Source: an uncultured Turicimonas sp. | GTDB taxonomy: Bacteria; Pseudomonadota; Gammaproteobacteria; Burkholderiales; Burkholderiaceae_F | Assembly: GCA_947854175.1 (NCBI GenBank) | Contig: CANTYJ010000071.1 | Span: forward strand, 2,010-66,009 | DNA length: 64,000 bases | Reading direction: 5' to 3' | Shown here: positions 19,037 through 28,114 of the stretch, piece by piece | Layout of the letters: each line of letters begins with the position of its first letter | How positions within the stretch are numbered: the first letter of the stretch is position 1 | The notes under the pieces: generated by a model | What the model was told of the DNA's origin: nothing | Seen by the model: only the letters and a program-made list of their open reading frames with translations | Database searches by the model: none | Position numbers and translations under genes: made by a program

Positions 19037-19825
19037 TTAGATTTCAGGCAGAGAGTCGCCTTTATCTTTCGAACGACTGCCGCGTCCGACTTCCAATCCA
19101 AGTTGCTTCAACTTTCTATAAAGATGCGTTCTTTCCAACCCGGCAGAACTCGCAACTCTCGTCATACTATTATTTTCCTTTTTGAGAAGATTCAGAAAAT
19201 AGATTCTCTCAAACTGGTCTCTGGCCTCCCTCAATGGTGCATTAAAGTCAATTGCCGACATCAGTGAGGTCAATGAATCATGCTTGTGTTCTATGACATG
19301 AGGTATACCGTAACCGGGTTGTTGTACCGGTTGCTGGTAATGTGGCATTGGTTGTGCTTCCTGTCTAATCGGACGCATCTGTTGCGGATAATCGTTCTGC
19401 GAACCCAACGGACGGCGCGGTATAGGCTGTGGCTGGTGTGATACGCCAATTCGCGGCTCTTTAGAACTTCTTTCCAAGACAGACTTCACCGATGAAATCA
19501 GTCTTGAAAGAGCAATTGGTTTTTCCAGAAAATCGACTGCACCGAATTTGGTTGCTTCTACTGCAGTATCTAAAGTAGCATGCCCGCTCATCATGACCAC
19601 CGGCATAGTTAGCTTGCCGGTAGAACTCCATTCTTTTAGCAACGATACTCCGTCATTGTCCGGCATCCAGATATCTAATAAGACTAAGTCAGGATGCTGG
19701 TTTATAGCTATCCGTGCTGCACTTGCGTTTTCGGCAAGAATTACCGAATATCCCTCATCGGTCAGGATCTCAAAGAGAAGTTCTCGGATCCCGACTTCGT
19801 CATCCACTACTAAAATTACCGCCAT
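19037..19825 (-). CDS. ntrX: NtrX-like response regulator: REC + Q/P-rich linker + Fis-type HTH, no AAA+ module
   Basis: 262 aa. REC motifs (VVDDE, LLDIWMPDNDG, MMSGHAT, LEKP). Linker PQPIPRRPLGSQNDYPQQMRPIRQEAQPMPHYQQPVQQPGYG. C-terminal HTH NSMTRVASSAGLERTHLYRKLKQLG. No Walker A motif anywhere. Confidence 0.7.
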   Translation of the reverse strand: MAVILVVDDEVGIRELLFEILTDEGYSVILAENASAARIAINQHPDLVLLDIWMPDNDGVSLLKEWSSTGKLTMPVVMMSGHATLDTAVEATKFGAVDFLEKPIALSRLISSVKSVLERSSKEPRIGVSHQPQPIPRRPLGSQNDYPQQMRPIRQEAQPMPHYQQPVQQPGYGIPHVIEHKHDSLTSLMSAIDFNAPLREARDQFERIYFLNLLKKENNSMTRVASSAGLERTHLYRKLKQLGLEVGRGSRSKDKGDSLPEI

Positions 19826-19889
19826 ATTTTTATAACAAACTATTTTTATCCATTTTACTAAAGTATTTCCGCTGTGAGTAAATCCTCGC

Positions 19890-22154
19890 TCATGCTAACT
19901 GTCTAAATACAATAGTAACTTTCGCTCCCACAATAATTCCGTCTTCCGCCACATTTTCAACCATAACGGTGCCACGGTGTTCAGAAACTATTTTCTTAAT
20001 CATTGGCAATCCCAGGCCGGTTCCGGAGGATTTGGTTGTCACATACGGCTCAAAAGCATGTTCCAGAATCTTGGCCGAAAATCCCGGTCCGTTGTCAGTA
20101 ATCGTTAATTCCACAGCCTCGGGACTGCCGCTATCCTTATCGTACAAAGTTCTAACCTGGATGAGAATTCTCATCTTATCTTTATCGACAGATGCCTCGA
20201 TCGCATTCGAAACAAGGTTATGAATAACTTGACGAAGCATGTTGGCATCAGCTTCTATAAGCGGAACGCCCGGATCCAGATCGAGGTAGACTTTAATATC
20301 ACCGGCCAGATATAGATTGCAGACTTCCTGAACGAATTTTGAAAGATTGATACTCTCAAATCTTGGAGAACCAATCTTGGCATACAACCGGAAATCATCA
20401 ACCATTTGCTTCATAGCCGTCACTTGACTGACAATTGTTCTTGTAGCCTTCTGTAGGATCTCTTCCTCTTTTCCATTAACTTTATCTTGTAGTTTCATTT
20501 GCAACCGCTCTGCGGCCAACTGAATTGGTGTTAACGGATTTTTGATTTCGTGTGCAAGGCGCCTTGCTACCTCCGTCCAGGCCTCAGCCCTTTGAGCAGC
20601 GGCGAGTGAAGAAATATCATCAAACAACAATAAATAGCCTTCGCCTCCTCCCAGAGAAAGAGAAGAACCACGGGTAAACAGAAATACCCGCTTATGAGAT
20701 TTTCCGTTTCCTACCAACACTTCGCTTTGCAACGAGACATCAGGATACTTACCATGCACCGGTTTTCCAAGTTTTTCCAGGATCGGCTCAATAAAATCCG
20801 GTAACACTTCGGATAGAGGCTTACCTAAGTCTTCCGCTAAATCCTTTTTCATAATTGCAGAGGCTCCGGCATTAACCGAATAGATATTCCAGTGCTGATC
20901 TGTCACGATTACTCCTGAGGACATTTTTGACAAAATGCTCTCTAGATAATCCTTTGCCTGTTCGAGTTCTTCTCCGCGTTTCTCAATGTCTGCCCTGGCA
21001 TCGGCCAGTTGAGTGGTCATAATATTAAAAGAACGGGTAAGCTCTTGGACTTCATCATTGGTTTTCGATTCCGGCAGTAAATCATAATGACCGCTTCCTA
21101 ACCTGCGAGTCCCTTCTAGAAGCAACATCAGAGGTTTTGTAATCCGGGACGCCATAATGACCGAAAGAGCAATGGAGGCAAACATGGACATTAAAAGCAC
21201 TAAGGTCAAAGAAATCAGATAGATTGTACGCAGACCACCTCTGGCCAAAGTCATCTCCTGATAATCCCGGTAACCGTTCATCAGTACTTCTGCGTTGTGG
21301 GCCAGTGAAGGTGGAATGTTATCTGTTACCTCTAAAAAAACAGGCTCTCCATTCTGCCCCTGCTGTTCGATCATGCTCTTGCCCAACAGCAGACCGCCTG
21401 CCGTCTGACTAGGTTCGGTTATGGAAGACAACGACAAACCGGGGACATTCGGTAACTCAATAGTCGGTACCAGAACAATTGTCTTAGCCTGAAGGGCACC
21501 TCCCTCTTTTTCTTCAAGCCCTTCCCAGTACCCCTCTGTGCGGGCTACTTGAATATTCCTTAAAGACGGAACCACCGGTGCCAAGAGATTAAATGAGGAA
21601 CCGCTCACTCCGATTAGCCGGCCTCTGGCGGTAACTATCATCGCTTCATCCAGGCCTTCTCTTTCTCTTAAGGAGTCCAGTTTAGATACCCACTCGGCAG
21701 GAGGAGTCTCTGCCAACTCAATAGCCAAAGATCTGGCTTGTTTGAGCTGAGCCTGTTGGTAAGTCTCCAGAACTTCACGGCCCAGAGTCAGTCCGGAATC
21801 TAAGGCCCGTTCAACTTTTTGGTCAAACCATGAATCCACTGACCCATATAAAAACTGCACGGATACTATAAAAATCAGGACGCCGGGTAAAAGACCGGTA
21901 AGGCCCAATGCAATGGCAAACTTACTCAGAATTTTTACACCGTACTTTTTCCTCCTGGCTGATTTTAGAAGGCGGTAAAGTAAGAGTGATACAAGGACGA
22001 GAAATCCTAAAGCAACAATAGAATTGACCCAGAGTATCAGCGTGTAATAACGTTCAAAGACAACCGTATTACGGCTGGCATTAACCAGTAAAAAAAGTAA
22101 TACACAACTGACGCCCACCAGGATGAGGAGCACGATTCTAAGGTACTTGGACAC
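19890..22154 (-). CDS. ntrY: NtrY-like sensor histidine kinase (TM-HAMP-PAS-HisKA-HATPase)
   Basis: 754 aa. H-box LAHEIKNPLTPIQLAAERL; N/G boxes NLVSNAIEA, DNGPGF, GTGLGL. N-terminal TM segments. Confidence 0.8.
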   Translation of the reverse strand: MSKYLRIVLLILVGVSCVLLFLLVNASRNTVVFERYYTLILWVNSIVALGFLVLVSLLLYRLLKSARRKKYGVKILSKFAIALGLTGLLPGVLIFIVSVQFLYGSVDSWFDQKVERALDSGLTLGREVLETYQQAQLKQARSLAIELAETPPAEWVSKLDSLREREGLDEAMIVTARGRLIGVSGSSFNLLAPVVPSLRNIQVARTEGYWEGLEEKEGGALQAKTIVLVPTIELPNVPGLSLSSITEPSQTAGGLLLGKSMIEQQGQNGEPVFLEVTDNIPPSLAHNAEVLMNGYRDYQEMTLARGGLRTIYLISLTLVLLMSMFASIALSVIMASRITKPLMLLLEGTRRLGSGHYDLLPESKTNDEVQELTRSFNIMTTQLADARADIEKRGEELEQAKDYLESILSKMSSGVIVTDQHWNIYSVNAGASAIMKKDLAEDLGKPLSEVLPDFIEPILEKLGKPVHGKYPDVSLQSEVLVGNGKSHKRVFLFTRGSSLSLGGGEGYLLLFDDISSLAAAQRAEAWTEVARRLAHEIKNPLTPIQLAAERLQMKLQDKVNGKEEEILQKATRTIVSQVTAMKQMVDDFRLYAKIGSPRFESINLSKFVQEVCNLYLAGDIKVYLDLDPGVPLIEADANMLRQVIHNLVSNAIEASVDKDKMRILIQVRTLYDKDSGSPEAVELTITDNGPGFSAKILEHAFEPYVTTKSSGTGLGLPMIKKIVSEHRGTVMVENVAEDGIIVGAKVTIVFRQLA

Positions 22155-22157
22155 TGT

Positions 22158-22739
22158 TTACTCCTTGGAGGGCACGATGTCTACTTGAAACCATCCTGTA
22201 TTAAGATCCCAGCCGTCATCCTTTTTCAGAGTAACTTGGAAGGGTTTTGGCAATCTCTCAGTATCCAGATAAAATCTTGCAGATACTTCATAGTCTTCGG
22301 GGTTGATATTTCGGTATGGCGCGACATACAGGCGAGAAATAGTGGTCATAAAAAAGACCGCTTGATCCAACGAATCAAAATTTTGAGTCATCGCACCAAC
22401 GCTGACACGGTATTGTCTGGTCAGAGGATTATAAGAAAGACGGATTCTCTCAACGACTTTGCCGATTTGACGATCAAACCAGTACCATCTTTTTTTATTG
22501 ACTTCTACTTCCAGATTAAACACAAGAGGAATACCGCGCTCTAAAACTTCTTTGACTTCAGAGGAAAGTTCAAGCTCAAAACTTCCCTCAAAATATATTC
22601 CACTGACTTCATCTTTGATCGCGGTAACCTGAGTATGAATAGGGACAATTCCTTCAGCTAACGCGCAAGTCATTACCGCAAAAAACAGCGACACCGCTGT
22701 CACCACGGTAAAAATCATGTTCATTAGCTTTTGTTTCAT
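22158..22739 (-). CDS. DUF4390 domain protein (secreted)
   Basis: 193 aa from ATG 22739, with a signal peptide (MKQKLMNMIFTVVTAVSLFFAVMTCALA). Its start overlaps the rsmB stop (TGATG). Its position between rsmB and ntrY is typical. Confidence 0.55.
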   Translation of the reverse strand: MKQKLMNMIFTVVTAVSLFFAVMTCALAEGIVPIHTQVTAIKDEVSGIYFEGSFELELSSEVKEVLERGIPLVFNLEVEVNKKRWYWFDRQIGKVVERIRLSYNPLTRQYRVSVGAMTQNFDSLDQAVFFMTTISRLYVAPYRNINPEDYEVSARFYLDTERLPKPFQVTLKKDDGWDLNTGWFQVDIVPSKE

Positions 22740-24040
22740 CAATGTTTCTCTAATAATGCGTAGAAAAATCCGTCCCGGACCCATGGCATAAACGCGTCAT
22801 TTGCCTGAGCCTGATGGGGTGCTAATGTAATGTACCCTTTAGGTGCACCCTCAAACGGTACTAGTTCTGCATCGGCATGGGAAGCCACAAATTTTTCAAT
22901 TTGTTCTACTCCTTCCTCCGGCATCACTGAGCAGACGACATATAACATTCTGCCTTGTTTTGCAAGAATTTTCCACATTTGCTCCAATAAATGGGCCTGT
23001 GTTTTTGCCAGCTTCCTGACATCACGCAAATCTTTGAGCCAAGGAATATCCGGATGCCGTCTCAAGATTCCGGTGGCCGAACACGGAGCATCCAATAAAA
23101 TTCTGTCATAAAGTTTGCCGGCTTTATGCCACTCTTCAATTTTGCCTACATCAGCAACTTTAACATCTGCGTCTAAACCGAGACGCTCGAGATTTTCATA
23201 AATTCTTTTGGCACGGATTGGATCTTTTTCTATCGCATCCAGCTTTATATCTGCAGTTTCCAACAAATGGCCGGTTTTACCGCCCGGAGCAGCACAGGCA
23301 TCCAACACAACCATTCCGTCCTGCGGAGCTAGAACCTGAGCGGCCAGTTGACTGCCTGCATCCTGAACGGATACTTCGCCGTCCTTAAACCCCGGAATAT
23401 CCGACACAGGCAGAGGATTCATTAGTGCAACGCCTTCAAGTCCTACCGGCAGTGCCCCCTGAACTCCGGCTTCCTCTAATTTTTTAAGATAGCCTGCCCG
23501 TGAGATCTTCTTCCGATTGACTCTGAGAACCAACAAAGGATGTTCTCTCTGGAGAGTCAGAATGTGATCGGCGTCTTTCCCAAAAATCAACCGGTATTTC
23601 TCTATCCACCACCTCGGAGCATTAAATCGAATCTCTTCGTCTTTTTGTGCTTCTTCCAGCAGAGACTGCTTTTCCCTATAAAACTTCCGGAGAACCGCAT
23701 TGCAGAAATTAGCCGCAGCCGCGGTAGAGCGTTGTGACTTAATTGCAGCAACGGCCTGATTGACTAAGGTAAAGGGCTTTTCTCCTTCAACAATAGCCTG
23801 TGCCAAAGCAATTTCAAGAATAGCGGCAACCTGTGGTTTCGGCTCTCTTAATGCAAGTTTTTTAACAATCCAGGATACCAGCATGCGGTTACGCACCACA
23901 GCATACAGAAGACTCTGGACAACGGCTCTGTGCTCTGCAGCAACTTCAGAGAGGGCTTTATCGATGGAGGTGCCGTCTTTAACTTTCTGCCACGCTGCAG
24001 CAGCCGGTATCAATAAGTGGGATAACGGACTATTGCTCAT
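22739..24040 (-). CDS. rsmB: 16S rRNA (cytosine967-C5)-methyltransferase
   Basis: 433 aa. N-terminal NusB-like domain. SAM motif DACAAPGGKT and catalytic DAPCSATG. Confidence 0.9.
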   Translation of the reverse strand: MSNSPLSHLLIPAAAAWQKVKDGTSIDKALSEVAAEHRAVVQSLLYAVVRNRMLVSWIVKKLALREPKPQVAAILEIALAQAIVEGEKPFTLVNQAVAAIKSQRSTAAAANFCNAVLRKFYREKQSLLEEAQKDEEIRFNAPRWWIEKYRLIFGKDADHILTLQREHPLLVLRVNRKKISRAGYLKKLEEAGVQGALPVGLEGVALMNPLPVSDIPGFKDGEVSVQDAGSQLAAQVLAPQDGMVVLDACAAPGGKTGHLLETADIKLDAIEKDPIRAKRIYENLERLGLDADVKVADVGKIEEWHKAGKLYDRILLDAPCSATGILRRHPDIPWLKDLRDVRKLAKTQAHLLEQMWKILAKQGRMLYVVCSVMPEEGVEQIEKFVASHADAELVPFEGAPKGYITLAPHQAQANDAFMPWVRDGFFYALLEKH

Positions 24041-25008
24041 TTCAAAACTTCATTTTCTTTAATCGAATGTCCGGCCAAAAACTCTCTTGCCTTCAATTTC
24101 TTTCCGCCCGGTCTTTGAAGCTCCTCAAGACAGACAATTGCTCCGTCACCTGCGGCGACACACACCCCCTTTGCATCCGCCTTGATAACGGTACCGGCCG
24201 ACTTTGTCGTTTTTTCTCCCTTATCAACACTGGCAAACCAGGCTTTGAGAACTGTCTCTCCATGGTTGAAGGTCGTCCCCGGGTATGGATTAAAAGCCTT
24301 AATCTTATTGGCAATACTCAAGGCGCTTTGGTTCCAGTCAATAACTCCTTCACTCTTTTCCAGTTTATGAGCATAGGTAGCTCCTTCAGGTTGTTCAACC
24401 GGAGAATATTGTTCAGGAGCTTTCAGATACTCTGAAAGCATCTCGGCTCCCAACCTTCCTACTTTTTCCGTCAGACTCAGAGCCGTATCCGAAGAACTGA
24501 TCTCAATCGCTTTTTTATAAAGCATCGGCCCGGTGTCAAGACCGGCATCCATTTGCATCAGAGTTACTCCGGCTTCTTTGTCACCGTGTTCTAAACCACG
24601 GGCAATCGGGGCAGCACCTCGCCATTGCGGCAATAGACTACCGTGAATATTCACCGCCTTAAGATTCGGATAGTTTGTCAGAATTCCTTTTGGAATATCC
24701 AACACTTCCTGAGGGAGAATGAGTCCGTAGGCAGCAACAATGAGCAGATCCGGCTGAATATCTTTTATTTTCTGAAGAACTGCTTCTGTTTCTTCTCCGC
24801 CTTTATTTCTTCTAAGGGTTAGCGGTGTTTCAACAGGGATACCGGCTTTGAGTGCTGTTTCTTTGACAGCGCTGCCTTTTAACTTGCGTCCGCGCCCTGA
24901 CGGTCTGTCAGGCTGGGTTAGGACCAAGGAAATTTCATGTCCGTCTTCGACTAATTTTTCCAAAGCATAAGCAGCAAATTCAGGGGTACCGGCAAAAACT
25001 AATTTCAT
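24037..25008 (-). CDS. fmt: Methionyl-tRNA formyltransferase
   Basis: 323 aa. Motifs MKLVFAGTPEFA and NIHGSLLPQWRGAAPI. 4-nt overlap with the rsmB start. Confidence 0.92.
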   Translation of the reverse strand: MKLVFAGTPEFAAYALEKLVEDGHEISLVLTQPDRPSGRGRKLKGSAVKETALKAGIPVETPLTLRRNKGGEETEAVLQKIKDIQPDLLIVAAYGLILPQEVLDIPKGILTNYPNLKAVNIHGSLLPQWRGAAPIARGLEHGDKEAGVTLMQMDAGLDTGPMLYKKAIEISSSDTALSLTEKVGRLGAEMLSEYLKAPEQYSPVEQPEGATYAHKLEKSEGVIDWNQSALSIANKIKAFNPYPGTTFNHGETVLKAWFASVDKGEKTTKSAGTVIKADAKGVCVAAGDGAIVCLEELQRPGGKKLKAREFLAGHSIKENEVLK

Positions 25009-25132
25009 GTAAAAACTTTCCTTTTCTTCTAAACTGAGCAGATCATCTCAACGAATAATAGAAACTTTGTTTGTTGATTGTAGGACAATGAAGCCTCAAA
25101 ATATTGAGATTGACCCGATTCGGAATTAATTC

Positions 25133-26029
25133 ATGCCCATAGCAAAGTTAAAAAACGTCACGCTTTCTTATCACGAATATGGAGATAAGCATTTACCGAC
25201 CGTCGTTATGATTATGGGGCTTGGCATGAGCTCTGCCTCCTGGCCCCCGGAATTAATCCGCAATCTGGTCAAAAAAGGTCTGCGGGTCATCACGTTTGAT
25301 AACCGGGATGTCGGCAAATCACAGTATTTCCCAACTGACAAAAATTTCCAGTCAACCGCCTTGGCCATTGGAAGAGCTCTTCTCAGACTCCCTGTAAAAG
25401 CTCCTTATAGACTTGAGCACATGGCGATGGACCTGATTGAACTGTTGGACTATTTAAATGTTGATGCGGCTCATTTAGTCGGTGTTTCTATGGGAGGAAT
25501 GATCGCGCAGGTAACCGCTACCATTCATCCCTCAAGGGTCAAGTCACTGACTTCCATCATGTCTGCATCCGGCAATCCGCGCACGGGCACAGGAAAAATT
25601 AAAACCATTTACTCTCTATTTCTTCAGCCGGAGAAGACCGATAGTCAGGAAGGTCTGAAAGAGCATTACAAAAAACTATTTAATGTTCTCAAGAGTCCAA
25701 AATACGACTATCCGAGAGAAGAGTCGGAAAATTTATTTTCCCGTTTGTCCGAGGAACCTTTTAACGAAAAAGCGGTTGAAAGACAACTTCTGGCAATTCT
25801 GGCAAGCGGAGATCGCTCCTCTCAATTGTCGAGATTAACTATTCCGACACTTGTTATTCATGGAGAGGATGATCCTCTGTTGCCGTTGGCTGCCGGAAAA
25901 GAAGTCGCCGACTTAATCTCCAACTCAAAATTAAAGGTCATGCCTCTGATGGGACATGACCTTCCTCCGATTCACTACGAGCAGTTAGCGACCGATATCG
26001 CTAAACACGTTTGGGATAGCGAGAACTAA
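25133..26029 (+). CDS. Alpha/beta-fold hydrolase
   Basis: 298 aa. Nucleophile elbow GVSMGG, late GEDDP and GHD motifs. Confidence 0.8.
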   Translation: MPIAKLKNVTLSYHEYGDKHLPTVVMIMGLGMSSASWPPELIRNLVKKGLRVITFDNRDVGKSQYFPTDKNFQSTALAIGRALLRLPVKAPYRLEHMAMDLIELLDYLNVDAAHLVGVSMGGMIAQVTATIHPSRVKSLTSIMSASGNPRTGTGKIKTIYSLFLQPEKTDSQEGLKEHYKKLFNVLKSPKYDYPREESENLFSRLSEEPFNEKAVERQLLAILASGDRSSQLSRLTIPTLVIHGEDDPLLPLAAGKEVADLISNSKLKVMPLMGHDLPPIHYEQLATDIAKHVWDSEN

Positions 26030-26568
26030 TTCGACTCTTCCTTAGCAGCTTTTGCAGCTTCTGCTTTTTGCTTACGGATTTTCGTGCAAATGCGGTTTCG
26101 TTTAAGCAAACTAAGATGATCAACAAAAACAATGCCCTCGAGATGATCCATCTCATGCTGGACACAAACAGCTAAAAGACCGTCGCATTGCATTTCGAAG
26201 GTATTACCGTCTAAATCCTGTGCCTTGATCTTGACTTCTGCAGGGCGTTTTACTTTGTCATAGATTCCCGGAAGAGATAAACAACCCTCTTCCCAGGGCT
26301 TGGTCTCTTTACTGGCTTCAATGATTTCAGGGTTAATCAAAACCTTTAAGTCATTTTTTTCTTCTGTCACGTCGATCACAATCATGCGAATGTGTTTATC
26401 GACCTGGGTTGCAGCCAAACCCACACCCGGTGCCTTGTACATTGTTTCAGCCATATCCGCAGCCAGCTGTTTGAGTTCATCATTGAACTCAGTAACTGCT
26501 TTTGCTTTTGTTTTTAATCTTTCGTCGGGATACTTCAAAATAGGAAGAATTGCCACCTGATACTCCAT
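26026..26568 (-). CDS. def: Peptide deformylase
   Basis: 180 aa. Motifs [23 protein letters not shown]. Confidence 0.92.
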   Translation of the reverse strand: MEYQVAILPILKYPDERLKTKAKAVTEFNDELKQLAADMAETMYKAPGVGLAATQVDKHIRMIVIDVTEEKNDLKVLINPEIIEASKETKPWEEGCLSLPGIYDKVKRPAEVKIKAQDLDGNTFEMQCDGLLAVCVQHEMDHLEGIVFVDHLSLLKRNRICTKIRKQKAEAAKAAKEESN

Positions 26569-26743
26569 TTTTCAATTTGGATTAATTTTAGTCAGCTCCG
26601 TCAAGTTTTAATCCTTTCTAAGTATTTATTGAGAAACTTTCTCACAAAAAACTAGTGAATTATTGAATTTTCCTGATATTGGTCCATATAATGATTTGCA
26701 CTATTCAGATTTTGTACGTTCTAACGATTACAGCAGAGGCAAA

Positions 26744-26809
26744 ATGAGAAAGCAGATAACTTACGCAATATTGCTAAGCGGTTGCTATACCTGCTGTTGT
26801 CTCTGTTAG
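26744..26809 (+). CDS. 21-codon Cys-rich ORF upstream of cysK (candidate regulatory leader peptide)
   Basis: GAGG at 26736-26739, 4 nt before the ATG. Translation MRKQITYAILLSGCYTCCCLC*. Five Cys codons among the last eight sense codons. Same strand as cysK, 108 nt upstream. Confidence 0.4.
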   Translation: MRKQITYAILLSGCYTCCCLC

Positions 26810-26835
26810 TCCTTTCAGTTTCTTTTTTCCTTTGT

Positions 26836-26890
26836 CAGCCGAATGTAATCTTTCTTGCTTATCGGCTGGAAACCTGATTTTCCTTTTCAT
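26836..26890 (+). promoter_or_regulatory. Two adjacent hairpins in the cysK leader (possible attenuator elements)
   Basis: CAGCCGA (26836-42) pairs with TCGGCTG (26862-68), 19-nt loop. GGAAA (26868-72) pairs with TTTCC (26879-83) and is followed by TTTT. The surrounding spacer is pyrimidine-rich and G-poor. Confidence 0.25.
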
Positions 26891-26917
26891 GTATTCCTTT
26901 CTTTGCGGAGAAGTCAT

Positions 26918-27844
26918 ATGACCGTCTATCAATCAATTTCAGAGTTAGTGGGAAATACCCCGCTTTTACAGCTGAATAGCTATTCCAAAAATCATGAATT
27001 AAAAGCCAACGTTCTGGCCAAACTCGAATATTTAAATCCTGCCGGTTCTGTCAAAGATAGAGTTGGCCTGGCAATGCTCAACAAAGCTCAAAAAGAAGGA
27101 CTGCTTAATAAGGATACAGTCATTATTGAGCCAACCAGCGGAAATACAGGGATTGGTCTGGCAGCCATTGCCGCCTCAAGAGGCTTAAAAGTTGTTTTGA
27201 CTATGCCGGAAACTATGAGCGTTGAAAGACGAAATCTTTTAAAAGCTTATGGTGCCGAAATCGTATTAACCGATGGCAAACTCGGCATGAAAGGAGCAAT
27301 TGAAAAAGCGAATGAACTGGCTGCTCAATATCCAAACTCTTTCATTCCCGGCCAATTTGTTAATCCTGCTAACCCGCAAGCCCATTTCGATACTACCGGA
27401 CCGGAAATTTGGGCAGACACTCAGGGCAATATTGATTTCTTTGTCGCCGGAGTAGGCACGGGCGGAACAATTTCAGGAACAGGGAACTTCCTGAAATCAA
27501 AAAATAAGGACATACAAATTGTCGGCGTAGAGCCGGATACTTCAGCCGTAATTAGCGGCGGTAGACCCGGGCCTCATAAACTGCAGGGAATCGGCGCCGG
27601 ATTCATTCCCGAAACCTTATCCGTGAAAGTTCTAGATGAAGTCTTGCCAATCAGCGCTGAAGAAGCCTTTGCTGCAGCAAAAGAGTTAGCGTTAACTGAA
27701 GGAATTCTTGTAGGCATCTCTTCCGGTGCCGCTTTGGCTGCTGCCACAAAAATTGCGGAAAAAGAAGAAAACGCAGGAAAAACCATCGTCGTTCTTCTTC
27801 CTGATACCGGTGACAGATACTTGTCCACAGAATTGTTTCAATAA
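26918..27844 (+). CDS. cysK: Cysteine synthase A (O-acetylserine sulfhydrylase)
   Basis: 308 aa from ATG 26918 (GGAG 7 nt upstream). PLP-lysine motif NPAGSVKDR, plus TSGNTG and GVGTGGT. The track start 26855 is an upstream extension. Confidence 0.9.
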   Translation: MTVYQSISELVGNTPLLQLNSYSKNHELKANVLAKLEYLNPAGSVKDRVGLAMLNKAQKEGLLNKDTVIIEPTSGNTGIGLAAIAASRGLKVVLTMPETMSVERRNLLKAYGAEIVLTDGKLGMKGAIEKANELAAQYPNSFIPGQFVNPANPQAHFDTTGPEIWADTQGNIDFFVAGVGTGGTISGTGNFLKSKNKDIQIVGVEPDTSAVISGGRPGPHKLQGIGAGFIPETLSVKVLDEVLPISAEEAFAAAKELALTEGILVGISSGAALAAATKIAEKEENAGKTIVVLLPDTGDRYLSTELFQ

Positions 27845-27891
27845 CTGATACAACAGCCCGGTACTTATTTCTGAAGACCGGGCTAACTTCT

Positions 27892-27914
27892 CCGTCAGAA
27901 TTGACGGTATTTTT
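27892..27914 (+). terminator. Intrinsic terminator of cysK
   Basis: CCGTCA/TGACGG stem, GAAT loop, then TATTTTT. Preceded by a second 8-bp hairpin at 27855-27884. Confidence 0.7.
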
Positions 27915-28114
27915 CTATCGGGAAGAAAATACGGAAAAAACTTAGACTCCTCGGCCCGGTTTCTACCTGCACTGACCTCCACCTTCCATATTTCTGTCAG
28001 CCAATTATTCATTTTGAGATACAACCTTCATTCAGAGACTGCCTTCAATCTTCGACAAAGTTTTGAAAAGGTGATAATTTAGAAAAAAGAACTTTAAAAA
28101 TTAAGAGAATACGA

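Noticed and set aside
26764-26773. Perfect palindrome GCAATATTGC inside the Cys-rich leader ORF as a regulator binding site
   Set aside because: It is too short to fold as RNA, and I cannot match it to a known operator such as CysB. I leave it as a note only.
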